Made by a program: the position numbers and the translations under genes. A DNA stretch of 64,000 bases from Candidatus Calescibacterium sp. (GTDB lineage Bacteria; Calescibacteriota; Calescibacteriia; Calescibacteriales; Calescibacteriaceae): contig JAVVGL010000001.1 of NCBI GenBank assembly GCA_032249135.1, positions 1 to 64,000 on the forward strand, written 5' to 3'. This document shows, piece after piece, positions 1 to 9,629 of this stretch. Position 1 is the stretch's first letter. Each line of letters opens with the position of its first letter. The notes under the pieces are model-generated. The model saw only the letters and a program-made list of their open reading frames with translations, was not told the origin of the DNA and searched no databases.

Positions 1-786
1 CCCGTAGATTTCGTCTATTAAATCTACTCCGCATCTTAGATTTTCAAGCCAGCTCAAAAACTCTTCTGCTACTTTCCCTCTCATAATTGCACCATGTTGG
101 GGAGCTATTATATCAACTTTTAACCTTCTCACCATAGAAACCCACTTTTTCGTTGCTACCTGAGATTTCATATATCTCTTGTGAAAACCCTCCATATACC
201 TTATGTGAGACCTGAAATCCTTTACTTCAAAGTAAAAATTATCATCTGGCATAACGGAAGCTCCTATATCTCCTGAAAACAGAATTTTACTTTGTGGATC
301 GTAAACAGAAAAATTACCAGCAGAGTGTAAAAAGTGAGCGGGAATAAGTTCAAGATACCCCGTTGGAATGTTTATCCTCGTGCCTCTATCTTCTACTGGA
401 ACTATTCTACGTAAGTCTTCTACATCAATTCCGAAATGAGGAGCAAACCTCAACCATAATCTTGAAATATAAGCTTTTGCATTTTTATATGTAGATAAGG
501 CGAGCCCAATTCCTGATATGACATCTGGGTCTTGATGTGAATAAATTATAACTTCTACTTTTTCTGGCGATATGTAAGATGCAACGATGGAGTTGACATG
601 TGGAAAATTTATAATTCCGCCGGGGTCAAGTAATATTCCTTTATCTCTGCTTATGATGAGATATTGATTTGTTTGAACTTCTCCCCCTTTCTTATACGAC
701 CAACCGAGCCATATAAATTTGTGAGTTCCATCATCATAAAGAGCTTTCCCAAATTCCATTTCATCAGGTGTTAAATCTTTCAGCAT
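1..786 (-). CDS. MBL-fold di-iron protein, ODP (oxygen-binding di-iron protein)/FprA-N-like; 3' end runs off the window
   Basis: Hand translation from ATG at 786 is open to base 1: MLKDLTPDEM...VQTNQYLI...LLDPGG...SHQDPD...PAHFLHSAGNF...FSGDIG...APQHG...CGVDLIDEIYG. Not in the ORF track because the stop is outside the window. Confidence 0.85.
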   Translation of the reverse strand, partial: MLKDLTPDEMEFGKALYDDGTHKFIWLGWSYKKGGEVQTNQYLIISRDKGILLDPGGIINFPHVNSIVASYISPEKVEVIIYSHQDPDVISGIGLALSTYKNAKAYISRLWLRFAPHFGIDVEDLRRIVPVEDRGTRINIPTGYLELIPAHFLHSAGNFSVYDPQSKILFSGDIGASVMPDDNFYFEVKDFRSHIRYMEGFHKRYMKSQVATKKWVSMVRRLKVDIIAPQHGAIMRGKVAEEFLSWLENLRCGVDLIDEIYG

Positions 787-798
787 AATTCTTTATGT

Positions 799-829
<31 letters not shown>

Positions 830-916
830 GAAAGTATTTACAACAAAAATCTTTTAGTAATTAGATTGAAGTGGGAATATATTTTGTTTGAAAGATTTTT
901 TATTTAGAATTTTGTT

Positions 917-1441
917 TTAGAATTTCATTTTTAAAAGTATAGTGATAATTCCCCCGATGGTAGTTGCCCATAGTGTTATATATACTCCCAAAATCCAATA
1001 AAGATTTCTTCTTTGTTCTTTTTTCAGATCAATTATTTCGTTTTCTACCTTCTCTACTCTTTTTTCCAGTCCCTGAATTTCTTCTCTTACAAATTGTTCC
1101 AATCTTTGAATATCTTCTTTTGTGGATTTTTCTATTCTTTGAAGTTCCCCTTTTACGAATTCTTCCAATCTCTGAATATCCTCTTTTGTAGATTTTTCTA
1201 CCATCTTTATAATTTCTTCCAACCTCATGATATCTTCTTTTGTAGATTGTTCCAACCTCATAATATCCTCCTTTGTGGATTTTTCCACCATCTTTATAAT
1301 TTCTTCCAACCTCATAATATCCTCCTTTGTAGCGACTTCTTTCTTTTTGAGTTCTATATACTCAATAAGAAGCTTTGCCTCCTGCTCCCCTATCTTCCCT
1401 TTTAGAACTTCATAAACCTCTATCTGCAAAACTTCCCTCAT
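917..1441 (-). CDS. Membrane-anchored coiled-coil repeat protein (DUF1640/CCDC90-like or Bdr-like)
   Basis: Short head, five (A/S)TKEDI repeats, C-terminal hydrophobic helix (LYWILGVYITLWATTIGGIITILL). ATG at 1441 preferred over the ORF-track start at 1477. Confidence 0.7.
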   Translation of the reverse strand: MREVLQIEVYEVLKGKIGEQEAKLLIEYIELKKKEVATKEDIMRLEEIIKMVEKSTKEDIMRLEQSTKEDIMRLEEIIKMVEKSTKEDIQRLEEFVKGELQRIEKSTKEDIQRLEQFVREEIQGLEKRVEKVENEIIDLKKEQRRNLYWILGVYITLWATTIGGIITILLKMKF

Positions 1442-1623
1442 AAATGTAAAGTTAAAAACTCTAAAATACAAATTCAAAACTTAAAAATTTTTGTGCATTT
1501 GTGATAGATTTTTTGAATTAAAGATTTTACAAATTTCCAAATTTTGCGAAAAAGAGAAACTCAAAAGTAAAGAAAATAAGAAATAAAAAAATGAAATAAA
1601 TAAAAAGAGGGAGGATATAAAAA

Positions 1624-2709
1624 ATGAGAAAAGAGAAAAAGTTGAAGGGAAAAGGTAAAGAGAAGAAAAAAATGGTTCAAAAAGCAAAGCAGAAGGAAAA
1701 AGAAAAAAAGAAATTACAAAAAGTAAGAGTGCAAAAGGCAAAAAAAGTTGAGTTAATTACTGCTTCTGCCGGGAGCTATCCGAGAATCGGAGACACGGAA
1801 GAACTTCAAAAATTAAGAAGAGCATGGGCAAAAAGAGAAACTGGAGAAATTTCAGAAGAGGAATTCAGAAATGTTCAGAAAGAATTTATTGAGCTTGCGA
1901 TAAGAGAGCAGGAAAAAGCTGGTCTTGATATCGTAACAGATGGGCTCATAACTTGGTATGATCAGATTTCTCACTTTGCAAAAAATATACAGGGAGTAAA
2001 AATAAATGGACTTTTGAGGTTCTTTGATACAAATACATATTTTAGACAACCTGTAATAGATGAAAACACCCCGGAAGATCCGGAAATTTCTCCTGTGGTT
2101 TTGGAAGATTTCAAATTTGCCAAAACCTTAACGAAAAAGATAGTAAAACCTGTTCTTACTGGACCAATAACGCTTGCAAAGCTCACAAAAGGAGATTTTT
2201 CAAAAGCTCTGAATATTTATACAAAGTTAATTGAAAACGAGGTAAAAATTTTATCCGATGAAGGAGCTCAGTTTATACAAATAGATGAACCAGCTCTTGA
2301 AGGAAAAGATGTAGATAATGCTCTACCCTACCTTGAAAGAATATACCAAGCGAAAAAACCAGAAACAAAAATAATCTACTTTTTCTATTTCAGAGATTTT
2401 TCAAAGGATATCAAAAAATTCTGGAATATACCAGCAGATATTTTGGGTTTTGATATGACATACTCAAAATTAGAAGATGAGCTTTCAAAATCTCAAATAA
2501 AAAAACCTCTTATGCTCGGAGTAGTTGATGGAAGAAACACGTATATAGAGAAAACAAAAGATGTTGTTCCAAGAATAAAAAAAGTTTTGAAAAATTACCC
2601 ATTTGATTTTATTATGATAAGTCCATCTTGCGGGCTTGAATATTTGCCAAGAAAATTCGCTTTTTTAAAACTCAAAAACATGGTTAAAATGGTAAGGAAC
2701 TTGCGGTAA
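1624..2709 (+). CDS. Cobalamin-independent methionine synthase-like single-barrel protein (probable non-catalytic half of a split MetE)
   Basis: GSYPRIG, EQEKAGLDIVTDG, KPVLTGPITL, IQIDEP, LGVVDGRN, SPSCGL motifs; no HxC zinc motif. Start uncertain because the N-terminus is Lys-rich low complexity. Confidence 0.75.
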   Translation: MRKEKKLKGKGKEKKKMVQKAKQKEKEKKKLQKVRVQKAKKVELITASAGSYPRIGDTEELQKLRRAWAKRETGEISEEEFRNVQKEFIELAIREQEKAGLDIVTDGLITWYDQISHFAKNIQGVKINGLLRFFDTNTYFRQPVIDENTPEDPEISPVVLEDFKFAKTLTKKIVKPVLTGPITLAKLTKGDFSKALNIYTKLIENEVKILSDEGAQFIQIDEPALEGKDVDNALPYLERIYQAKKPETKIIYFFYFRDFSKDIKKFWNIPADILGFDMTYSKLEDELSKSQIKKPLMLGVVDGRNTYIEKTKDVVPRIKKVLKNYPFDFIMISPSCGLEYLPRKFAFLKLKNMVKMVRNLR

Positions 2710-2749
2710 GAGAACCTATAAATATCAAATATCAAAGCTTATTACTCAG

Positions 2750-3850
2750 CTACGCTTTTCTGAAAGCGTATATTCCGAGGACTTTGAAAAAAGTTATGTT
2801 TTTTGAAATTTTCTCAAAAGCAGATTGAACTTTCTTTTCGTCTCCTTTTTTTCTTTCTATTTCAACGAAGAAATTATATCTTTTTGTGATTTTGTCAGGG
2901 CGAGAATGAATTTTCTTCATGTTTATTTTATTTTTTGCAAGAGGTTCAAGGACTCTGAAAAGAGCTCCTGGTTCATCTTTTATAGAAAAACAAAATGCTT
3001 CTCTTATATCACTGCTCCATAATACCCTACTCTTTTTATTTTCCTCTTCTCTTTCTTTTTTCTTGCTTATAACTATGAATTCTGTTCTTTCTTCATAGCT
3101 ATCTTGGATGTTTGAAAATAGAACCTTTAAGTTATATTTTTGAGCTAATCTTTCTGGTGCTATTGCTGCGCTTTCTGGATCTTCGCTGGCAAGTCTTGCT
3201 CCTTCTGATGTTGAATTAGTAAAAATCAATTCTGCACCTTTGAGATTATCTCTTATCCATCTTGAACACTGAGCTATCGCCTTCTGGTGAGAATAAATCT
3301 TTTTTATCTTACCTAAATCATCTACTCTTGAAAGAAGAGAAAAGGAAACAGGTATTGAAATCTCATAAACTATCTTTACATTTTTCTCAATGAGCAGATC
3401 TAATGTTTCTCCTACAATACCATCTCTTGAATTTTCCAGAGGGACAACTCCATAGTTGCAGATTTCCTTTTCAGTTGCCTCAAAGATATCCTCTATGTTT
3501 GAAAGCGGTAATAAAATTGCAGATGATCCGAAAACTTTCAAGGTTGCCTCCCATGAAAAACTTCCTTCAGGTCCTAAAAACCCAACTTTTATATCTTCGT
3601 AAAGTTTTCTTGTTCCGGAAAATATCTCAACAAAGATATCTTTTGCGGAACTTTTTGGAAAAATTTTTATTTTTTCTTCTACAAACTTTATTTTTTCATC
3701 TTCTCTGAAAGGGTCAAAAGATGCAAGATTTGTGCGCTTTTTTATCTCGTATATTTTTTTTGCAATTTTAGCTCTCAAATCAAGCAAATAGATAATTTTT
3801 GAATCTATCTTATCAATTTCCTGCCTCAATTTTTTAATTTGTTCATCCAT
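2750..3850 (-). CDS. pheA: Chorismate mutase/prephenate dehydratase with ACT domain
   Basis: AroQ N-terminus (LRQEIDKIDSKI), FLGPEGSFS, VPLENS, ACT DEPGAL. Confidence 0.88.
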   Translation of the reverse strand: MDEQIKKLRQEIDKIDSKIIYLLDLRAKIAKKIYEIKKRTNLASFDPFREDEKIKFVEEKIKIFPKSSAKDIFVEIFSGTRKLYEDIKVGFLGPEGSFSWEATLKVFGSSAILLPLSNIEDIFEATEKEICNYGVVPLENSRDGIVGETLDLLIEKNVKIVYEISIPVSFSLLSRVDDLGKIKKIYSHQKAIAQCSRWIRDNLKGAELIFTNSTSEGARLASEDPESAAIAPERLAQKYNLKVLFSNIQDSYEERTEFIVISKKKEREEENKKSRVLWSSDIREAFCFSIKDEPGALFRVLEPLAKNKINMKKIHSRPDKITKRYNFFVEIERKKGDEKKVQSAFEKISKNITFFKVLGIYAFRKA

Positions 3851-3858
3851 TATTTATT

Positions 3859-4437
3859 TTATTTTTTATCATCTAAAACATCAAGCTCAACTTTTGGTAT
3901 TACTATTCCGGGCTGATACATATATTTTCCTTTCCTATCTTTATATGATATTTCACACTCCTCATTTCCTTTTATAAAAATAACTTGTGCAATTCCCTCC
4001 CAAGCGTATATTTTTGCGGGTAATGGAGTTGTATTAGAAATTTCAACTGTAAGAAAACCTTCCCATCCCGGCTCAAGGGGAGTGACATTTACTATTATTC
4101 CACATCTTGCATAAGTTGATTTTCCAAGACATATACCTATGACATCTCTTGGGATTCTAAAATACTCAACAGACCTTCCGAGAACAAATGAGTTTGGCGG
4201 AATTATACAGTAGTCACCTTTTACGCTCACAAAAGACCTCTCATCAAAGTTCTTTGGGTCAACAATAGTTGAAGCAACATTAGTGAAAATTTTGAACTCA
4301 TCTGCTATTCTGAAATCATAACCATAAGAAGAAAGTCCATAAGATATTACACCTTTTCTTACAAGAGTCTCTTCAAAAGGTTCTATCATGCCATACTCTT
4401 TTGCCATTTTCTTTATCCATTTATCTGACATTACCAT
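3859..4437 (-). CDS. dcd: dCTP deaminase
   Basis: [28 protein letters not shown]. Confidence 0.96.
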   Translation of the reverse strand: MVMSDKWIKKMAKEYGMIEPFEETLVRKGVISYGLSSYGYDFRIADEFKIFTNVASTIVDPKNFDERSFVSVKGDYCIIPPNSFVLGRSVEYFRIPRDVIGICLGKSTYARCGIIVNVTPLEPGWEGFLTVEISNTTPLPAKIYAWEGIAQVIFIKGNEECEISYKDRKGKYMYQPGIVIPKVELDVLDDKK

Positions 4438-4526
4438 ATATCAAACCTCCACAGCTGAATTAGACCCTGCTACTGAATTAAAAATATCCTTTATTTTTAT
4501 GCTGTTTTTTATTTTTCCAAAAATCT

Positions 4527-5591
4527 TTATAATGCAATTTTCAGAGCTTTCACTATAAAATCAACTTGCTTTTTTGTAATTGAGGTATGTATGGGTAAAG
4601 AAATTCCATAATCATAAGCGAATTCTGTGTTTTTCAAATCAGAGTTTGCAAAACTCTTGTAAAAGTAATGAAGAGGCTTCCATATTGGTTTTTCTGCCAT
4701 CACTCCTTTTTTTCTTAAAAAATCAATAATTTTTTCTGATTTCATTTTCCCATCAGTAAGCACAACAAATCTGAAAAATATGTTATTTTCTTTTCGTGGG
4801 AGTTTTAAATTCAACTCAGAAAGTTTTTTTATGTAGTAGAATCCCAAATTTTTTCTTTTTTTTAAAATTTGAGGAAGTTTTTTGAGTTGAGCTAAACCAA
4901 TTGCGGCTTGGACATCTGACATTTTGAAGTTGAACCGAAACTGATCGGGTTCATAATCTTTTTTGTCATAATCTATGAAATCTTTTATTTTTTCCACAAG
5001 GTTTCTTTCATCAGAAAAAACAGCTCCACCCTCAGCAGTTGTTATAACTTTTGTGGCATAAAAAGAGGAGAATGAAGCTAAACCGTATGAACCTACAAAT
5101 TTTCCGTTCACTTTGCCTCCAAAAGATTGAGCTATACCTTCTATTAAAGGTATTCCAAGTTTAGAAAATTCCTTCAAATCTTCACATATACCGAAAGAAT
5201 GAATATATACTACTGCTAATGTGTTTGGTGTTATTTTCTTTTTTACATCGGCAAAATCCAGAGAAAAAGTATCAAGATTTATATCACAAAGTACTGGTTC
5301 ATATCCCGCAAATAAAACTGCATTTGAAATTGCTGGACATGCAAAGGATGGTATAATAACCTTCTTTTTTCCTTTCAGAGAAGGAAAAACTTTTGGTAAA
5401 AATTTCAAAATCAAAAATAGTGAAGCAGAACCAGAACTTACAGCAACAGAAAACTTTGTTCCAACAAAATCCAAAATTTTATTTTCAAACTTTTCAACAA
5501 TACTGCCATTCGATAATATTCCCTCTTTTATAATTTTCTCAATTGCCTTTATCTCATCTTTGCCTACAAATGGAGATGAATGTTTTATCAT
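4527..5591 (-). CDS. DegT/DnrJ/EryC1/StrS PLP-dependent sugar aminotransferase
   Basis: AVSSGSASL, SFYATKVITTAEGG (PLP Lys), NFKMSDVQAAIG, ISLPIH. Confidence 0.9.
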   Translation of the reverse strand: MIKHSSPFVGKDEIKAIEKIIKEGILSNGSIVEKFENKILDFVGTKFSVAVSSGSASLFLILKFLPKVFPSLKGKKKVIIPSFACPAISNAVLFAGYEPVLCDINLDTFSLDFADVKKKITPNTLAVVYIHSFGICEDLKEFSKLGIPLIEGIAQSFGGKVNGKFVGSYGLASFSSFYATKVITTAEGGAVFSDERNLVEKIKDFIDYDKKDYEPDQFRFNFKMSDVQAAIGLAQLKKLPQILKKRKNLGFYYIKKLSELNLKLPRKENNIFFRFVVLTDGKMKSEKIIDFLRKKGVMAEKPIWKPLHYFYKSFANSDLKNTEFAYDYGISLPIHTSITKKQVDFIVKALKIAL

Positions 5592-5632
5592 AAATTTATA
5601 AAGCTGAAAATTGAAGAAAAGTTTTGATTAAT

Positions 5633-6073
5633 CTAATCTTTCTCGCCAAGAATTGATTTTGCTAATTTTCTCTTTTCTTCTGGGCTTTCAGCTAAAATCA
5701 GGAGAGCAATTAGCCTAAAACCTTGGTCCATCTTCTCTCCTATTGTTCTGAACCCTTCATCCATTTTTTGCGCCATCATTTTGAACCCTTCATCCATTCT
5801 TTTTTCTAATCCTTCAATTCGCATCAGTATTTCTTGCGTTTGCTTTAATATTTCTTGTGTCTGCTTTAATATTTCCTGTGTCTGCTTTAATATTTCTTGA
5901 TTTTGTTTTAGTATTTCTTCATTTTGTCTTAGTATTTCTTCATTTTGTCTTAGTAGTTCTTCGGTTCGCCTCAATATCTTTCCATTTTGGGCAAGAAACC
6001 TCGTAAGGAGAACAGAAAGGACAACTCCCAAAATCAAAAAAATTACCTGAAAAATTAAATTCATAATATCCAC
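5633..6073 (-). CDS. N-terminally membrane-anchored coiled-coil protein with heptad tandem repeats
   Basis: GTG start with AAGGAGG about 10 nt upstream; TM helix followed by (R/K)Q(N/T)(E/Q)EIL x5 and MD(E/Q)GF x3. Confidence 0.75.
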   Translation of the reverse strand: MDIMNLIFQVIFLILGVVLSVLLTRFLAQNGKILRRTEELLRQNEEILRQNEEILKQNQEILKQTQEILKQTQEILKQTQEILMRIEGLEKRMDEGFKMMAQKMDEGFRTIGEKMDQGFRLIALLILAESPEEKRKLAKSILGEKD

Positions 6074-6185
6074 CTTTCGTAAACCTCCTTTTTGGTCTTC
6101 TAAAAATATAATTTTATTTTTTTATGAAAAATTTTTTCCCTTTCCCTTTATTTTTATGCTGGAAATAAGATTTTAGCTTATAAAT

Positions 6186-6974
6186 ATGAAGATACATCCA
6201 ACAGCGAAAATAGGTAAAAACGTATTTATTTCTGAAACAGCGTTTATAGGAGAAAATGTTGAGATTGGAGATGAAACATATATAGGCGAGGGGGTTATTA
6301 TAGAGAAAAACACAAAAATAGGTAAGAAAAATAAAATTTACCACTACGCAGTTATAGGAACACCACCTCAACACCTTCAATATAAAGATGAGGAAACTTT
6401 TGTTGAGATTGGAGATGAGAATATAATCCGAGAATTTGCAACAATTCACAGAGGAACAAAAGAAGGCGGAGGCATAACAAAGATTGGTTCAAAAAATTTT
6501 ATCATGGCTTATGCTCATATTGCACATGATTGCAAAGTCGGATCTGAATGCGTTATAACAAGCTTTGCAGCACTTGCAGGACATACCGAAGTAGGAGATA
6601 AAGTGGTTTTCGGAGGATATTCAGGCTCACACCAATTTGTAAGAGTTGGAAAACTCGTAATGGTTGGAGCTGCTTCATTTTTAAATCAAGATGTTCCTCC
6701 GTTTGTTTTGGTCGTCGGAGTTGATCCGCGGATAGCTGGGTTAAATCTTGTTGGATTAAAAAGAGCGGGAGCTTCATCAGACGAGATAGAAAAACTCAAA
6801 AAAGCTTTGAAAATCTACCTTGATGTATCTTTGAAAATAGATGAAGTTGTAAAAGAAATAATGAAAATAGATAACAACTCCCCTTTTCTTCTGGACTTCT
6901 GTAATTTCCTTTCTTCTCCAACAAAAAAAGGTTTTCTGAGAAAATATGAAAAAACGGAATTTTCAATAAGGTAA
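6186..6974 (+). CDS. lpxA: UDP-N-acetylglucosamine O-acyltransferase
   Basis: Hexapeptide repeats, IREFATIHRGT, HIAHDC, HQFVRVG, QDVPPF. Confidence 0.95.
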   Translation: MKIHPTAKIGKNVFISETAFIGENVEIGDETYIGEGVIIEKNTKIGKKNKIYHYAVIGTPPQHLQYKDEETFVEIGDENIIREFATIHRGTKEGGGITKIGSKNFIMAYAHIAHDCKVGSECVITSFAALAGHTEVGDKVVFGGYSGSHQFVRVGKLVMVGAASFLNQDVPPFVLVVGVDPRIAGLNLVGLKRAGASSDEIEKLKKALKIYLDVSLKIDEVVKEIMKIDNNSPFLLDFCNFLSSPTKKGFLRKYEKTEFSIR

Positions 6975-6986
6975 GAGAAAAATCAT

Positions 6987-9533
6987 TTACGTAATTATAT
7001 TTATGATTTTGTCTTTGATGAAAATCACTTTCTTTATCTGTTTTCCGTCAAGATATTTTGAGATTTTCTGATTTTGCAGAGCTAATTTCAAAACCTCTTC
7101 CTGCTCTGCTCCTCTTTTTACCACAACTTCTCCTCTTAGCTTCCCATTTACCTGAACAGGAATAGAAATAAACTCTTCAATCGTAAATTTTTCAAGACCA
7201 TCTATATATACCCAGCTTTCTTCAAGAATTGATTTTTCATATTCTTTTCCTTCAAATTCTTTCTTCAAGATATGGAAGAGCTCTTCCGATATGTGTGGAG
7301 TAAAGATTGAAAGCACCTTTAGAAATCCTACCATCATTCCCAAAATGCAGAGTATATCTTCTCTTTTGTTTAAATTAGGTTTTGATTTCAAAAAATCTTC
7401 AAACGAATTTATAAACTCCATAAGGCGAGCAATAGCAGTGTTGAACGCCAACTCTTTTATGTCTTCATCAGCGGACAAGATAGATTTGGCATATGATTTT
7501 CTCAAAGAAATTATTGGTTCATTTTGAGTTTCAACTAAGACATTTTTGTCGTCTAAAACTAAATTGTAACCAAGTTCATTTTTTCCCTCTATCTCTTTTT
7601 TTATAAAATCTTTTGTTTTCATAAAAGAGTTCCAAACTCTGTTGAGAAATCTGAAAATTCCATTTACACCGTGCCATGACCATTCAAGATCTTTTTCGGG
7701 AGGTGCAGCAAAAAGAATAAATCCTCTGGCTGTATCTGCTCCAAAATCTCGTACAACATCATCTGGATCAACAACATTTCCTTTTGACTTTGACATCTTT
7801 GCACCATCTTTTATAACCATACCCTGAGTTACAAGTTTTGAGAATGGTTCAGAAATATCTATATAACCAAGATCACGAAGAACCTTTGTGAAAAACCTTG
7901 CATAAAGAAGGTGCAAAACCGCATGCTCTATACCTCCAATATACATATCAACTGGCATATATCTTTTTACAAGTTCTGGATTAAAAGGTCCGGAAGAAAA
8001 ATCAACCTTTTCTATATCTCCTGAAAGATATCCAAGAAAATACCATGATGATTCAACGAAGGTATCCATAGTGTCTTTTTCTCTTTTTGCGTCAGATCCA
8101 CAGTATGGACACTTTATTTTGCTCCACTCTTCCATATCTTCCATGCGAGGAGGTAAAACAATGGGTAGATTTTCCTCTTTTTCTGGGACCATCCCACATT
8201 TTTCACAGTAAATAATTGGTATGGGAGCTCCCCAATATCTTTGGCGAGATATTCCCCAATCTCTCAATTTGTAGCTTACTGCAAAATCTCCGAAACCTTT
8301 CTTTTTTGCAAATTCTGTTATTTTTCTTTTAGCCTCCTCTGAATCAAGCCCAGAAAACTCTCCCGAATTTATAAGTTTCCCTCTTTCTGTATAAGCTCCT
8401 TTTTCAAAATCGTGTTTCCCTTCATACGGAACTATCACCGGTTTTATTTTCAAGCCAAATTTTTTGGCAAATTCAAAATCTCGCTCGTCATGAGCCGGAA
8501 CTGCCATTATAGCCCCTGTTCCATAATCTGGCAAGACATAATTTGATACCCATATGGGAACTTTCTCTCCTGTAAAAGGATTTATAGCATATCTTCCAGT
8601 GAATACACCAAGAAGTTTTGTTCCCCTTTCTTCTCTGCTCATTCTGAAAACCTCATCGCAGAAAGCTTGAACCTCTTTTTTTCTGTCATCAGTAGTTATT
8701 TCAAACACAAGATCATGCTCTGGTGCAAGAACCATAAATGTAACTCCAAAAACTGTATCAGGTCTCGTTGTAAATATTTCTATTTTTTGTTCCATCCCAT
8801 CTATTGGAAAAAGAATTTTTGCCCCTTCCGATCTACCTATCCAATCTCTTTGCATTTTTTTTACCCTTTCTGGCCAATCGAGTTTATCAAGTTCTGCAAG
8901 GAGTTCATCTGCATATTGGGTTATTTTCAGGTACCATCCCCACATTCTTTTTTTTATAATTGGAGTATCACATCTCCAACACTTACCAGATATCACTTGC
9001 TCGTTAGCAAGAACGGTATCACATTTTGGGCAGAAATTTACAAACCCCAGTTTCCTATAGGCTAACCCTTTTTTGAACATTTCAATAAAGAACTTCTGTT
9101 CCCATTTGTAATACACAGGAGATGATGTATCAATTTCTCTATCCCAATCATAAGAAATCCCGAGGCGTTTAAGTTGTTTTTTCATGTAAGATATGTTGTC
9201 TTGTGTCCATTTTGCAGGGTGAATTCCGTGCTCTATTGCTGCATTTTCAGCCGGAAGTCCAAATGCATCCCAGCCTATTGGGTGAAGAACATCATATCCT
9301 TTCATCCTGTAATATCTTGCAACAGCATCTCCTATTGAGTAGTTTCTCACATGCCCCATATGAATTCTGCCAGAGGGGTAAGGGAACATAACGAGGATAT
9401 ATTTTTTTTCTCCTTTGCCCTTGAGTTTGAAAACTCGCCTTTCCTCCCATATTTTTTGCCACTTCTCCTCTATTTCAGACGGATTATAAGAATAAGAAAA
9501 AACAGAAGTATCAGAAGTTTTTGCTGTTTCCAT
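6987..9533 (-). CDS. leuS: Leucyl-tRNA synthetase (single chain)
   Basis: MFPYPSG-HMGH, FTTRPDT editing domain, KMSKS, VQVNGKLR. Confidence 0.98.
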   Translation of the reverse strand: METAKTSDTSVFSYSYNPSEIEEKWQKIWEERRVFKLKGKGEKKYILVMFPYPSGRIHMGHVRNYSIGDAVARYYRMKGYDVLHPIGWDAFGLPAENAAIEHGIHPAKWTQDNISYMKKQLKRLGISYDWDREIDTSSPVYYKWEQKFFIEMFKKGLAYRKLGFVNFCPKCDTVLANEQVISGKCWRCDTPIIKKRMWGWYLKITQYADELLAELDKLDWPERVKKMQRDWIGRSEGAKILFPIDGMEQKIEIFTTRPDTVFGVTFMVLAPEHDLVFEITTDDRKKEVQAFCDEVFRMSREERGTKLLGVFTGRYAINPFTGEKVPIWVSNYVLPDYGTGAIMAVPAHDERDFEFAKKFGLKIKPVIVPYEGKHDFEKGAYTERGKLINSGEFSGLDSEEAKRKITEFAKKKGFGDFAVSYKLRDWGISRQRYWGAPIPIIYCEKCGMVPEKEENLPIVLPPRMEDMEEWSKIKCPYCGSDAKREKDTMDTFVESSWYFLGYLSGDIEKVDFSSGPFNPELVKRYMPVDMYIGGIEHAVLHLLYARFFTKVLRDLGYIDISEPFSKLVTQGMVIKDGAKMSKSKGNVVDPDDVVRDFGADTARGFILFAAPPEKDLEWSWHGVNGIFRFLNRVWNSFMKTKDFIKKEIEGKNELGYNLVLDDKNVLVETQNEPIISLRKSYAKSILSADEDIKELAFNTAIARLMEFINSFEDFLKSKPNLNKREDILCILGMMVGFLKVLSIFTPHISEELFHILKKEFEGKEYEKSILEESWVYIDGLEKFTIEEFISIPVQVNGKLRGEVVVKRGAEQEEVLKLALQNQKISKYLDGKQIKKVIFIKDKIINIIT

Positions 9534-9629
9534 AATTATGATTAATAATAATGAAAAATTCGCAAGTTGGAGATAATTTTGAATTTTTTGTATATATTAG
9601 CTATATGAGATTGGATACGTTGATTATAT

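Noticed and set aside
1060-1335. Direct repeats as a possible CRISPR array (also 5820-5975)
   Set aside because: In-frame coding repeats with no unique spacers and no cas genes
964-1741. Several Phe/Leu/Ser-rich ORFs (also many others antisense to long genes)
   Set aside because: Shadow frames of Lys/Glu-rich genes or A-rich intergenic DNA
6987-9533. Split alpha/beta LeuRS as in Aquifex
   Set aside because: HMGH and KMSKS are in one continuous ORF
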